From Geosiphon pyriformis uo1 (Eukaryota; Fungi; Glomeromycota), in assembly GCA_016748015.1 (NCBI GenBank), contig JAAOMT010000599.1:1-64000 (forward strand): 64,000 nucleotides of DNA, written 5' to 3'. How positions within the stretch are numbered: position 1 is the first letter of the stretch; every line of letters begins with the position of its first letter. The notes under the pieces were generated by a model that was given only the letters and a program-made list of their open reading frames with translations, did not search any database and was not told where the DNA came from. Below are positions 13,122 through 27,541 of this stretch, in pieces. Made by a program: the position numbers and the translations under genes.

Positions 13122-15370
13122 ATTTTTTTTTACAAGTATGGCCTAAAAATTAGGAAAAAACTAAAAGTTCTAGTGTTAAATATAGTTTATGTGTTTTTTA
13201 CATATAATTAATTATTTAAACTAGTTTAGATTATATTATATTGATACTCTAAAAAAAACTTATTTAAAAAAACATCTTTTGAATAATTTTAAACAATATA
13301 ATATTATTATTAACTAATCTAACTAGTTATTTAACTGTTTTTAAGACATTAGTCTTCACAACAACAGATTTATGTTCCAAAAATAATATTAAATTAGAAA
13401 ACATATTATTATTAACAGAAAACAAACCCATATGGAGACCAGACATATCAATGTTTTTATAGTTATATTTAGTTTTTAAAGCAATTATTTTTCACTTTAG
13501 TTTATTAACAGTCTTGCTAAAAGTACATATATATATCAAAACTTCATTGACTTTAAAGCCAAAAATATTACTTAAAACCAAATTTATATTAACAAATTGT
13601 TCAAATACAGTAATTATAAAACCAACTGGCTTAATAATAAAATTAACCAAAGCAAAAAGCTTGGCCAACTCAAATTCCAAAGAAGTTAATTGAAAAGAAA
13701 CCACAGAATTATTAATTATTGTATTAACAAAAAAACTAAATCAATTAAAAAACAAAAAGCCAAAAGAAACACAAAAACAGCAGCTTTGACATAAGACTTA
13801 TTGTTAACAATATGAAAGATAAAAGCCTTGAAAACCTTAAAAGAGAAAAGTAGAAATATTTTACAGTTTTAGCACTAAAAACAATACTAATTTTCAAGAA
13901 TTTTTTATCAAATATGGTATTTTTTTAGTATACCAGTCTTAATAACTACAGTATTCAAATCAATTTAAAATCCAATCATAATTAAAACAAACCAGAAATA
14001 ACAACTAGAATCAGAAAAATAAGGAATAAAATACATCTGATTACTAACTTGAAAAATTATATTACTGATTTCAAAAACAATACAGCCAAAAAAAAAATTG
14101 ACCAACTTGGTTTTAAACCTATCACAAAATACAATAATCTCATTTTAATTTACCAAGAAGAGAATCTTAATATTATTTTTATTTATTAAAACTAACCAAT
14201 AATTCAAAATAAATACAGTAGAATTCAGTTTTTTAAAATAAACAACCACATATTACCAAATATTAATAGGCTTTAGCACAACATAAACAATTTTACTAAA
14301 CACACTAAAAGCTGTTTTAATATTAGCAACAGACACACTTAAAAGCACATTACACAGTACAACAACAGTAAAAGAGGAACCAGTTTTAGAAACTATCAAA
14401 AACTTAACAATTTTAAGAATAGCCAAATAAACAAAACTTGTAAACTTAACCAAAAAAGCTGCTTTCAAAGATTCTAAAGAAGCAAACTTTACATAAAAGA
14501 GCTTTACATTGTTTTTTAATACTAATTTTACACTCAAAAAACCATATACAGACTAAAAAACAATCTTAATATAAGCCAATTTGATCTTAAAAGTAATATT
14601 AGACGCCAGAATAAAGACTATTTACCCAGCAAACTTTTAATAATTAATAATAATTTTCCAAACATTATCAGTGATAACACCAAAAACCAAAGGAAAAATT
14701 AAATCAGTTTTTATCTGATTAGCTTAGTTTCTAAAAACAGATAATTCAACAAAAAACTGTTGTTTTGTTTCTAAAACTAATAATAATTTATCAGAAAACA
14801 TCATATTTGGTAACATAGCCAATAGTTGATCTTGGTTTATTTTGAACGATATGTTAGATAATACAACAGAGATCTTATTTAAGATCTCATTAAGAACTAC
14901 AAAAAAGTTTAATGTAACAATAGCAAAAATAAGTAATTACTCTTATTTTTTTGAATTTTTAGTTTTTTTAACCATTTTTTTTGAAGAAAAAGTGCTAATA
15001 GAATCTAATATAGAAACTATAAAAGAGAAAACCAACTTGTTAACTGGTCTGTTATTAAAAATTTTTGGGCTTTTTGAAAAGGTAAAGACAACATTAGAAT
15101 TAATCCAAGTGTATTTCTTTAAAAGAACTTTCACTAATAAAAAACCAGCCAAAAATAAAAAAAATGTTTTAGCAGCTACCAAAGACAGTTTTTTACTATT
15201 ATTAATTAAAAAAAGCTTCTAAAACGTTCTGTCTAACAGTTTTTACAACAAAAAAAACTTTTCTGATTGAAACTTTGTAAAATACCAAAGAAAAGATACT
15301 AATTACAGCTTTTTTATTTTTTGCTTTAATTGTGGTCATAAAATTAAGAAAACAAAAATTTTTAATTATT
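13122..15370 (-). mobile_element. ORF1-only non-autonomous LINE derivative (HAL1-like), decayed
   Basis: A roughly 2.1-kb decayed ORF from ATG at 15339 (MTTIKAKNKKA...) includes an RRM-like stretch (14253-14537) and a coiled-coil-like stretch (13492-13704). It is followed directly by a LINE-type 3' UTR ending TACTTGT-poly(A). No RT sequence is present. Confidence 0.62.
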
Positions 15371-15399
15371 TTTACAAATTAAATATATTTTATTATTAT

Positions 15400-16960
15400 T
15401 ATTATTATTTAACAAATAAGACCCAAATACTACCTAGCACAATATATTAAACTAAATAATTTAAATTAGGTGCAAATCATGCATTTTTTACATATAACCA
15501 GCCATTTAAGCTAATTAAAACAACACTATAAATTTATTTTAACAGAAACTACACAATTAGTATTAAAAAAAACCTGTAAAGCTTATAAGAACCAAAACTG
15601 ATATTATATGCCACTATAATTTCAAACAACTTAACAATACTATTAGAAAACAAAAACACAAGATTACAAATCTCAGAAAACATAGATCTATTATGTAAAA
15701 TTAAACTTTTTTTTATATTAATGTTCTATACTTAGGTTTTACTAACTATATATTAATCCAATAAGCTATTTTCAAATCTTGTATTAATTTGACAATTTTT
15801 TTGCTGGTAGTTTTGGCACAACCAAAAACAGAAACAATCTCTAAATACTATTTTTTGAATACAAAACTTTTGCATAATGCAATATACATGGTATTGTTAA
15901 AAACACATAAAGAAAACAATTATAAAATACAAAACAATAACAAATTCAAGCCTAACACAGAATTTTACTGGACCAGATGTAAATCAAGTAATTTTTTGTG
16001 AACATCAAAGTCTATTATACATGTAAAAAAATGATCAAAAAGCTTAACTTCCTCATATTGTAAATATAACATACTAGAATACTTTCTATTATATAAGTAT
16101 TTTCAAACAGCAACTGGTAAATGATGATGCAAAGCTTTTATAAAATATAAATGCAAATTAATAGTAGATCTACTTATAAAGTCAGATACTATATACAAGT
16201 TAGAGTACTAAACCAATGAAAACAGAACCTAATTTACATTCCTAATTATGTTCTTGTATATTACACTAAAACTAGGCCCAATTTTCTAACAAGTATAATA
16301 AACAGCTCTAAACACATTATAAATAAAATGCCAAATATTTTTAAATATTGCCACTTTATTAGCCTTAATGTATTTTTTTTTAACAAAGACAGAAAGTAAC
16401 AAATTTAAACATAAAGCTAAATTAACCAGCACATGAGCATATTTATTACCCAAAACACCTAAATGGCTTTTAATTTTAGTCAAAAAAACAGCAAGCATTT
16501 GATATTTAATAGAGTTTATAATACTATGTCTCTTAAGCCAATAATAATTATGAAAATTAAGTAAAGTCATATATAATTCTACAGTATATACACCCAAAGC
16601 AGCTTGACTATCTGAATATACTATAACATTACTGAAAGCTGGAACATATTTTAAGATCAGAGCAATTATTTGTAATTTTGCCATTGTAAAAAACATTAAA
16701 CTATTAATTTTAACACTGATACTTAGATTCAAATCAACAAAAAATACAGCTGTACCACACTTTATCTCATGTATACTCAAGTTTTTTAAAGATTTATCTG
16801 TATAAACATTAATAATATCCAAATTAGCACCAAAAAAATATTGCCTTATCATAAAAAAATCATTGATATCAAAAATATTTAAAAGCTGAAATTTGCTAAT
16901 AATTGGCTAAACAGCAAAATAAAAAGCAGAATTGATTAAGTAATTACATATTAACTTGAA
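15400..16960 (-). mobile_element. LINE 3' portion (RNase H, zinc finger, 3' UTR)
   Basis: ORF 16286-16852: VYTDKSL...YSDSQAAL...KIKSHLGVLGNKYAH (RNase HI-like). 3' end homologous to 50630-51023 plus 60754-61059. Confidence 0.85.
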
Positions 16961-17199
16961 AATCAAATATGTTAATATAGTAACAGTAATTAATTGTAAT
17001 AATATTGGTTTTATTTTATATTATTTAATTATAATTAAATAGAATTTAATATTGTTTTTTAATTTTTTTGATAAATTAATAATCTTTATTGTTTTTTAAT
17101 ATTTTATTTTATTTTATTTTTGAATGTTTTTTTACTAAATTATTATAATATTAAATTATGTTTTTTTATTATTTCAATTTTACAAATGAAGTTCAACTA

Positions 17200-18528
17200 C
17201 TATTTAATACAATAAAACTATCTAGATTTTTAAATTAAACATAATTTACATACTTGTTACATGTAACCAATTATTTAGCCAATTAAAACAATACTATAAA
17301 ACTATATTAATTGAGACTTTCTTAACTGCACTAGCAAAAAACAAATAACCAACTCTTAAATTAAAACTAATAACATGACCTTTTTTAATTCCCAGCAGAT
17401 AAACAATATTACTAGAAACTTCAGTAGAAAGACCTCAAATTACATCAAAAGTTAAACTATCTACAAGTAACAAATTTTTGTAGTTTATATTAGCTTAAAG
17501 TCTCGAATTTAGAATTCATATTTATTTTCTATGGTTAATGACTAAGCTACAAACAAAATCAATTATTTTGTTTATAACAATATTAGTATTATTAAAAAAA
17601 ATCTTAACTTCTAATAGCCACTTCTTCAAAACAAATCTTTTGCACAAAATTATATACATACCAATATTAGAAATATACTTTGTTAATAACTAAAAAACTG
17701 TAAACAAAGCCAAATTCATATTAGCCCAAGTTTTTCACAGAAAACAATGATTAATCAATAAATATTTATGTATAGAAAAATTTATACTACAAAAAAAACT
17801 GTGGTCTAAGAATTTTATCTTATCACAGTACATACATAATATATTTAGGTAGTCATAATTATACAAATGTTTCTTAACTGCCATAAATAACCTCTTATGT
17901 AAAGTTTTTATTAAATACATTTATAATCTAATAGTGGTTTTGCTTATATATTTAGCAGCCATGTAAAAATTTGAATGTTAAACAGACATCATAAACTTTC
18001 AGTTAAAGTTACCAACATATGAAAAATTTATAATACCAAAACCCAGCTCAGTTTCTTATTAAAAACGTTATACAATATTATTTACAGTTTTTACAAAGTA
18101 ACAAACATTGCTAAACACTATTTTACTATTTGTTTTCAAAACTTTTTCTTTAATATTAACCAAAAAAGCAAGACCTGAAGTAATAGCCCAATCTGCCAAT
18201 TTATTAATATGCTTATTTTTTAACACACCAAAATGACTTTTTATTTTGTTTTATACTATCAAAATGTCCTTATTCCTAATTAAATTACTAATATGGTGGC
18301 ATTTAATCCAGTATCTGTTGTAAAAATCAGAAACCACTAATTTTAGTTCAGTCTGACATATATTTAAAGAGACTTGACTATCTGAAAATATTGTGATCTT
18401 AAAAAATGCTGAAATATATTCAAGAGTTAAAACAATAGCTTATAATTTGGCCAAAGTCAAAGATAACAATCCATAAACTTCTATATCTATAGACAAATTC
18501 AGATTAGTAAAGTATATAGCTATACTAT
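17200..18528 (-). mobile_element. LINE 3' portion (second subfamily copy)
   Basis: YLIKTLHKRL...LYNYDYLNILCMYCDKIKFLDHSFFC (17735-17920), RNase H remnants at 18200-18500, 3' UTR at about 17200-17310. Confidence 0.75.
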
Positions 18529-18539
18529 TAACTGTATTA

Positions 18540-19937
18540 AATAAACTATTATGTTTATAATAATTAAATTATGTTTTATTTTACTTTTGGCTTTTTTTAA
18601 ATTAATTAATAATTTTTATTTCTTAAATAAAATTTCAATGTTTTAGATCAGAAAATACTATTTTTTTAATGTTTATTATTTACTTATGCAGTTTGGTATT
18701 GTTTTTATTAATTAGTTTTTTATTAAAAAAAATATGGTTTTTAATAAAAAAATTTTTATTATTGAAAAAAGCTTAATCTTAAAGACTCTATTCTTAATTA
18801 ATTTAATTTAATAATTAATTATTTGGGTAATAGAATACAATATATTGTGTTGTTTTTGATTTGTTTTTTTTTAGTCTTCTGTTAGCTTAAATAATTTTTT
18901 TATTATAAAAGATTATTTTTTATTAGCCAATTTAAATATATTTAAATAATTTTTTAAAAAGTTTAAATATTTTTAATATGAAATATAATGCTATTAGAAT
19001 TTTTTCTGGTTTAGATTTAGTTATTAGTGTTAAAATTGTGAGTTTATTTTTATTTATATTTATAAAACTCTAAATAATTGTATTAATTTTGGAATATATT
19101 TTTGATTTTAATGCTATTGTTAATTATTTAAACAATTAAACTGTATTAAATACTTATTTATTTGAATTGAATTTAATAATATTTAACTTTTACAACCAAT
19201 ATTAATTAAAAAAATATTATATTATAAATATTATTAAAAATAAGAATCTTGATTTAACTTAATCAAAAATTAAAAAATATTTTAATACTATAAAAAAATA
19301 AAAAAACTAATATATTAATTAATATTATAGCTTATTTAGATTTTACTTTTTTTATTTATATTGATAAATAATATATCAAAATTGATAATATAATTATCTT
19401 TAATAATATTTGGTATTTTATTTAATTTTGTTTATTATATATAATAAAAAGCTAATTATAATTATGATAAAATTTTATTTAAAAACATTAATTGGGTTTA
19501 ATTATTTTTGATTTGATATTTTAATTCTTATATAATAATTAAATATATAAGCAAAAAAATAATTAATTTATATACATATTTTATAAAGTTTTTGTATTGT
19601 TATTTATTTATAGTTGTTTATAAATATTTATTTAATAAAAAATATTCTAATGTTTTATGTTTGTATTGTAAAGAGATTAAACTTTTAAATTTTTTTTGTG
19701 TAATAAATTTTGTTGCTTATAATTATATATTAGATTTATGTATTAAGTTATAAAAGTTTATATTAAGTTTTTGCTAATTAATATCTTGTGTTTTTTAGTT
19801 GTTTTTAATATATATATTAGATACTATATTATATATTATGCTAAATAAAAGTTTTGTATTTAAAGATTAATATTTAAAAACTCTTATTGTGTTTAAAAAT
19901 ATTAAAATTGTTATTGATAAGATTGTGAATTTTGTGT
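18540..19937 (+). mobile_element. Heavily eroded LINE ORF2 fragment
   Basis: Residual translation ...YTYFIKFLYCYLFIVVYKYLFNKKYSNVLCLYCKE (about 19570-19675) matches the LINE zinc-finger region. Confidence 0.55.
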
Positions 19938-20761
19938 TGTTACAGTTCAAGAATTTAGCAAAAGAATCATAAAATAATATAAATTATCCAATCATAATAT
20001 AACACAGTAATAATCCTAAAAAAGTAATAATTAACATAGTAGCAAGCACCAGTTCACAATAGCAGCTAATACCAATTAGTAATAACAGCCAATATTAAGT
20101 TAAAATACTAAAAAAAAATATTATATCATCTAACAAATCATAAAAACAAATCATAAAAACAAGTTATTAAACAATTTATTTAACAGTTTTACTTTAATAA
20201 TTTTTTAGTTTTTATTTTTAAAAATAAATATTTACAAAAACCTTTAATCAAAAAGAAATAAAAAAAAATATTAAAAACTAAATAATTACAACTCAAAGTA
20301 TTAAAAAACTTATTTGTATTATTTATTGAATAAAACTATTATTTATTAGCTGAATTTCTTGGAAAAATAATCTTTGATTAAAATTATTTACATTATTATT
20401 AATTGATAAAAGTTTTATTATAACAATTGAGAAAAGTACTAAAGGTCATTAACATTCTATGTTTCTAAATTAAAGAAATACATCAGACAATTGCAAGAAT
20501 AGCCTTAAAAAAGACTCCAAACAGCAGATAAATTTCAGTTCAGTCTCTGAAAAAGAGTACATAAACATACACAAAAATCAAAAATTGAGAAATAACTTAT
20601 ATTGTGACATTAAAGAAAAAGCTTTTAGTATAACAGTAATATTATCACATAAATAGAATTGAAAAACTCATGAAAGACTAATTGTAATTAAAATAAAATA
20701 TTGGCAATTAAATATACCAAAAAAACCATTCCATAATAGTGTATAGTTTGAAAATATCTAC
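19938..20761. repeat. Possible LTR-like insertion (truncated or interrupted)
   Basis: Abruptly interrupts the LINE with TGTTACAG, the terminal motif of the other LTRs; no second terminus or TSD found. Confidence 0.3.
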
Positions 20762-23700
20762 TATTATCAAAGATTTTTTTATTCTTTTTTTTAATATTGT
20801 TAATGCTATTTTGCTGTTAATTTTGCAATTAATAAAAGTTGGTAAATTTTTAATAAGCTAATTTTTTTTCAAAGTATCTTTTTATATTTTAAACTGTATA
20901 TATTGTTGAATTTATAATAAAATGGGCAATTTCATATCAATTACTTTTATAGTTACTTTTTACTAAAAATTGATTTTTTTACAAAAATTTTGTCTGTAAG
21001 CTTTTCAGAAATATATATAGTTACTTTGTAGTAAAAGTTAATTCTTTTACAAGAAAATTTTATTTATAAGTTTTTTAAAAATATGTATAGTTACTTTGTT
21101 ATAAAAGTCAACTTTTTTACAAGAAATTTGGACTGTAAACTATCCAATAATATAAAAAAAATAAAAAAATAAAAAAAAATAAACTAGAAAAAAAAAAAAT
21201 GTTAAAAAAGTTGGTTCAGATTCAAATTTGAAAGTTACTAATAATTATTGAAATTAGTTAATCAATTTTAAACTATTAGTATAAAATAGTTAATTTTGAA
21301 CAAAAATAATTAAGGATTTTGTTTTTCAAAGTAAATTTTATTGAAATTAATTTGTAAGGATAATTAAATAGAAAGTTGATTTTAGTTAAAAAAAATTCTA
21401 ATTAAAATACATTTTCTTAAAAAAAGAATTCTTTTTTTATACAATTTGTTGTAGTATTATTTAATAATTTAGCCATTTTTTTTTTAATATTTTAGTAACT
21501 AAAGATATATTTTATTAAACTACAAGTTATTTTTGCAAATTATAAATTATTTTAATAAACTGTTAAATATTTTGTTAAATTATTAAATATTTTAATGATT
21601 TTTGAATGTTATATAATTTAATATATTACATAATCTAATTATTAAAATTTGGTTTTATTTGTGTTTTGTATAAATTAAGTTATTAATTGAATGATAATTT
21701 GTATAATTTAATAGGATAATAAGTAATAAATTAAAATAATAATATATGTTAATTAATAATAGAAATTATAAAAATAATTTTATGTTAAATAATATTTCAA
21801 ATTTTAGTTAATAACATAATTTTTTTCTTAAGACTAAGCTTTGTTAAAATTCAAATATTGTTTGTAATTTTTAGATAGTAGTTCAAAATTATTGAAAAAA
21901 TTTGGTCTAAAAATTATTAAAACTTCAATTTTGTAAGTTTTTTAATATATTAAATCTTTAGAAATTGTAAAATTGGGTTTTGTAGAATATTTTTACAAGT
22001 GTAAAATAAGTTATAGAATTTAAAAACTGCTATAAGTTTATAACAGATGTTTATTAATTTAGCTATTGCCTTAAATTTGTTGTAAAATTGTTTTTGAATA
22101 GCTTTAGTTATGAGATTTTTTGTTTAAAGCTCCAGTTCCCTTTTATAAAGTGTTTTTTTAATATAAAAATAATTATAAATTAAAAAATATTTATATATTA
22201 GAGAATATTTATTGCTTTGTTTGTTAAGATACTGTTGAAGTTTTTGTTAAATTGTGGTATTTAATAGTATATTAATAAAAATAAACATTAAATTCTTTTT
22301 TAAAGCTTGTTTTAAAAGTTCTGATAAGTAAATTTCAAAATAATTTCTTGTGCTTTTTTTATAAGAGTAGTAACTTTATAAATTTATGAATAAAATTGTA
22401 ACTGATTCTGTCTAAATTTAATTAATGTGTTTTTTAGTAATAGTAATAGATAATTCGGATAGTGTTTTTAAAACTAATATTAATTTTTGAGATAGTTGTT
22501 AAATATTTTAAGAAATAGTTATGATAACTAATTAAAAGTAAAAAATTGAAATCATTTTTGGTATGTAAGTTTTTATGTTATTTTTGTTTTATTTTTCTGT
22601 GCTGTTTGTTTTGTTTTTGTAGAATTGTTTTTAAATTATTAAGAATAATTATAGAAAAAATTAAATTTTAAATATTCAGATTTGAAAGTTGTTTAATAAT
22701 AATTATTGGTTTTAAATTTCAAAAAATATTTTTAGGACTAATCAAAAAAAATTGTGTATTAATTTGTGAAATTAAGAATTCGAGATTGGTTTTAAAATAT
22801 TAGTGTTTTAGTTTATTACTATATGTAACTTTTTTAAACTTTTTCATCAAGTTTTAATTTATATAATCTATTTTTTAGAATTTCGTATATATAAAATAGT
22901 TTGTTTTATTTATGATCAAATTTTTTATTTCATTGTTTTTTAGTCTTAGTTTTATGTAAAAAAACTTTATTTTTAATTTTAAATTTGTTAATGGCTAGTA
23001 ATAGTTTGTTATTATGCTATTTTTTTTGTTGAGTTTAAAAATGTTTTATATGAGTGGCTGCAATTTGTTATTTTTTTTTAATATACTGAGAAATATATAG
23101 ACTTTTTTTTATAGTGTTTTTTAAAAATTGTTTTCAGTAATTAGTTGGATTGAATAGAGTTCTACCATAAAATTAATTGGTAATATTGCTGTTTTTTCAT
23201 AAATTAGATTAAATAATATATGTTTTATTGTATTTTGTTTTAGTGTTTTATATGTTAATAACATTAATAGAATAAAAAAATTTATTCTTGTTTAAAATTT
23301 TTTAAGACTTTGCCTAATAATTTACAAAGTGTTCTGTTGAAATATTTTACAAGTCTATTAATTTGTAAATAGTAGAATAAAGATAAAAATTTTTTGATAT
23401 TAAATCATTTACAAATTTTTTGTATTAAATTGTTTACAAAATGTGTTCTTTAATTAGATAAAAGTTTAATTAAACATTTATGTTTATAAATAATGTTATT
23501 ACAGATTGAAGTAACAAGCTAATAGATAGTAAGAAAAAACAGAATTGTAGAATAATGAAAGAAATCAAAGAGAATTCAACTTCAAAGAGCAAATTGAATA
23601 AGTATGAATTCAATGTGCAAGATTAATCTCATAAAATATCTCAGTTGCTATACTTTTTAAAAGATAATTGGAAAATTTGAAGGTAAAAAAATAGTCTGTA

Positions 23701-24685
23701 CTGTCAACAAATAATCACATACTGGTATAATTCTATGTCTTATGTCAGTGCTCTTAGAATTTAATATCAAGTATCAGATGTACTTTTCAGTCATGTTTTA
23801 TTCAATAATCTTTAAATACTACAATTTTATGTTTTAGAAAAAAAAGTAGAGAATAACCAACAAGTAATTTTTTATCCTAAAATGTTTAAATACTTTAAGG
23901 TAGAGAAAAAAAAATTAGCAATAAGAAAAGAATTAAGATAAAAGTTGTTATTTTATTTCTTTGATTTCTAATATACATTTTTGCAACTAAAAGATTCATT
24001 GCTTATATAGCTATCAAAAGTGATTAATGATTAGGTCAACAACTAGATTAATGATTAGATCAATAATTACTATCTAAAAATAGAGTGGCTAATTATATAA
24101 CATCAATGGCTAATACATGTAATAATTAATAAAAAGTATAGATTTCAACTATAACAATGTCTTTATAAATAAAATTTGCAACTAATTTTGTATCTGCACA
24201 TTAAATTGCTTTTGTTTTAGGCCATTTAATAAGTTAATTTATTATAATTACAATATATTAGTTTTTTTAAGTTGTAATAAGTAGTGGTCTGACTAAATCA
24301 ATACTAATTTAGTCAAAAAGTTATTTAAATTTGATTAGATTTAAGAGTTTTATAAAATATGTTTCTTTTTTTTTAATAACTATTATAATACTTAATATAT
24401 TGGTAAATATTTCTTTTTATTTAAGGCTAAAAATAATGTTTTAGTGTTTTTTAAGTTGTGCTATTTTTTTTGAAATGTGCTAATAAAATATCTAAGTACA
24501 TATTATATAAGATTATTTTTTTTACATTTTTGGATTACTTTAAGTAAATTTTTTAAGTTTTTGTAATTTCAATAATAATAATAATATTATGTATAAAATA
24601 TTGTTTTGCTTAATATTATAATCAATGTTTTTTACTTGAAAACCAATTTTTTGGTGTTGTAAATGTTTTTAAATATTGTTTAAAG
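20762..24685 (-). mobile_element. Eroded family B Gypsy remnant: integrase, ORF3 and 3' LTR
   Basis: Reverse complement aligns with the young element: LTR 20762-21816 with 51024-52025, ORF3 about 21785-22480 with 59269-59946, integrase 22670-23496 and 24157-24685 with about 57760-59120. Confidence 0.85.
23497..24156. mobile_element. Solo LTR (660 bp) of a third family, inserted into the eroded integrase
   Basis: Termini T(A)TTACAGATTGAA ... TTCAACT(A)TAACA form an eroded TG..CA inverted pair. TSD ATGT at 23493-23496 and 24157-24160. Integrase homology resumes exactly after it. Confidence 0.8.
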
Positions 24686-24900
24686 ACCTATAATTGAACA
24701 GCCAATTGAAAATACCACTGGAATTTGCAAAACATAAAACAAAAGTTAGTTTATCTTCTGTTTGTATTTGCTCAAATATTCTTAAGTCATACAGAAATAG
24801 ATAATAAAAAGCTTTATTAAGAAAATTCTTTAATAAGCCAGCTTTTACTCTTAAATCTTTTCTAATCAAATAATTATATGTAAACAATATATAATTTATA
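24686..24900 (-). mobile_element. Short LINE ORF2 fragment
   Basis: LIRKDLRVKAGLLKNFLNKAFYYLFLYDLRIFEQIQTE aligns with LVRRNLKLKTGLSKDFFNEALYYFFLYNLRSFKQLQSE (62702-63442). Confidence 0.75.
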
Positions 24901-27505
24901 TTTAATTTAGATTACTTAATTTAAAAACTATATACAGTTAATAAATAATTTTGTAATATAAAATTAAGTTATTTTTTTTAATTTATTGTAAAGTATTTCT
25001 GTTAAATAAATAATTTGTTTTATTTAAATATAATAAATATATATTTAATTATTTTTTAATTTTATAAAAATAATAATTATTGTTATTTAAGTAGAAAATC
25101 AATTAAAAATTTATTAAAAAAAATATGATTAATATATAATAATGTGAGATAATATAAAATAATATAAAATAATACACAATAATACAAAATAATTAGTAAT
25201 AGCATAAAATAATTAATTAAAACATAAAAAAACAAAGTAATAGTTAATATAGCAAATAATAACTAAAGATAATAAACAATTAAAAGCAATTTTATAGAAC
25301 TAAAAAATATGTATAAAAATAAATAGTTATAATAAACAGAAAAAAACAGAATCGAATTTATTTTTAATTATATAAAAAAAATCAAAAACCAATTTTCTTT
25401 TCTTATTGTTTTTTCATATTCTTATTAATTCAAATAAAATATTATTATTTAATTCTTAAATCTTATAATTCTGAAATTTATTATTGAAATTTAGTTATTT
25501 GTTTTATTTATTTTTATTCTAAACCAAATATAAATAAGTATAATGCTTTTAGAATTTTAAAATCAATTTAAATCAATTATTTTTGATTATAATAATTAAT
25601 AAAATACTAATTTTTTTTGTTTTTCTTGAAAAGCAATAATATTAAAAATCAACTGTTTTAGAATTAGACTTTATAATAGTTTGGTAAAAAAAAAAAAGTT
25701 TTTTTTTAAATATTAAATATTAATTTTATCTTATTTGCTTAATTAGTAAAATTAAAAATAAATAATTAATTAAAGTTTTTTTTTTTTTTGTTAATTACTT
25801 TGTATTAAATTTTTATTTTGTTAATTTTATTTTTAAATTTTGTGTTTAATTTTTGTTTTGCTTTAAACAATTATTATAAAAGCTTTAAAATTTTGTTTTT
25901 TTAAAACTTTTTTTTCAAATATAATTTGTAAATATAAAAAAATTTATTTAAAGACAAATTTTTTACTTTATTGTTTTTATTTATTTTTATACAATATAAT
26001 AATATTTTGTTTTTAATCTTAACTTTAATAAATTGTTTAAGTAAATAATAATAATAATTTTTTTGTTATTTTAATATTATTAACTATTATTCTTTAAAGT
26101 TTTTATGAATTAATAAAAAAATAATTTTGAAGTTTTTTTTAGTAATTTTTTTTATTAAATATTTGTTTTTTTATATACTAATTTAATTTATTTAAAATAT
26201 TATTAACAAAATAAGTTTTTTGGTTAAATAATAGTTTTTTAAAAATTTATGTTAAAAGTTTTTAATGTTTGTATTAAATTAATTAAAAACATATTAATTA
26301 AAATTTTAATAATTTTGTGTAAATTAAAAATTAAATATATTTGTAATTTTTAAGAATAATATAAAAATTGATTAAAGCATTTAACTAAATAATTAAAAAA
26401 TTTTTATTTTATTTTATACAAATAGTATTAATATAATAAAATAAAATAAATATATAAAGTTAGTATAAATATTTTTTACTTTATTTAAAAATTTTTTCGC
26501 AAATTTAACTAATATATTTTATTTATTAAATTTAAATTTTAAAATTTTTTGGTATTAATCTTAAGTTTTTTCTTAATTAATTTTAATTAATAATAAAAAT
26601 TTAACTTAAATAATTTTTTTTAAAAATTTAATTTAATAAATTTTATTAGAATTATTTTATAATATTATAATAAAGTTTTTAATATTCTTAAATATACAAA
26701 AAATAATAATTGTAAAACTAAAGATAACAAAAATAAAACATCAGTAAATAATATTTAAAATTTAACAAGATTTATTAATAACTTTATGTAAACAATAATA
26801 TTAGACTTATATGTAAAACATAATTTAAAATTTTTATTTTTTATAATAAAGACAAAACATCTTAAAATATAGTTTTATATATATATTTTTTTAGGTTGTG
26901 CAATGGTGAGCGGGAAGGCAACAGGATGAAAGAAATCATGAAACTATAAGGGTAAATTCAAGTTTTATACATTTTTTTTAAAGTTTAAACTTTTTTTTTA
27001 CCCTCAGAAAATAGTTAACAAAGAGAAAAAATTTCAAAGAAAGACAATGACGTTTCAAAAGCAATAAAAAATTTTTGAGAACCTTTCACAACTTTTCAAA
27101 TATCTTTTGAATAAGCATAGAACAATTTTTCGAATTTTAACCGCTGCTTCTTGCTCCTTGTTATGAACTTTAAAAAATAAAATAAAATAAAAGGTTTGGT
27201 TATACAGACCAAAACCTTTTTTGAATACAGGTTTTAATTTTTCGTTTAAAATTTTTAAAATTGATAAAAAATAGTTAAATCATCATTTTAAATTAAGTTT
27301 GCCATTATTCCATTTTTTTAAGACTGATACATCACAGTACATTACATCCATTAATTTTTATTGAAAAAGGAGGAAAAATTTTATCCGATATAAGATATCT
27401 AGAATTTTGTTTAAAAACCCGTTTTCATCAGGTAACTTTTAAAACGCCCACTTTTTACCAAAAAAGAAAAAAAGAAAAAAAAAGGTTTAATGAGTTTAAA
27501 ATTTC

Positions 27506-27541
<36 letters not shown>

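Noticed and set aside
20945-21130. CRISPR-like spaced repeats (also 51240-51380 and 61130-61260)
   Set aside because: They are imperfect tandem units inside LTRs, with no unique spacers or cas genes, in a eukaryotic context.
24660-24700. Old Gypsy remnant ends near the integrase start, suggesting a retroposed subgenomic INT-ORF3 mRNA
   Set aside because: The remnant retains a complete LTR including U5, which an mRNA copy would lack. A deletion joining it to a LINE fragment is more likely.
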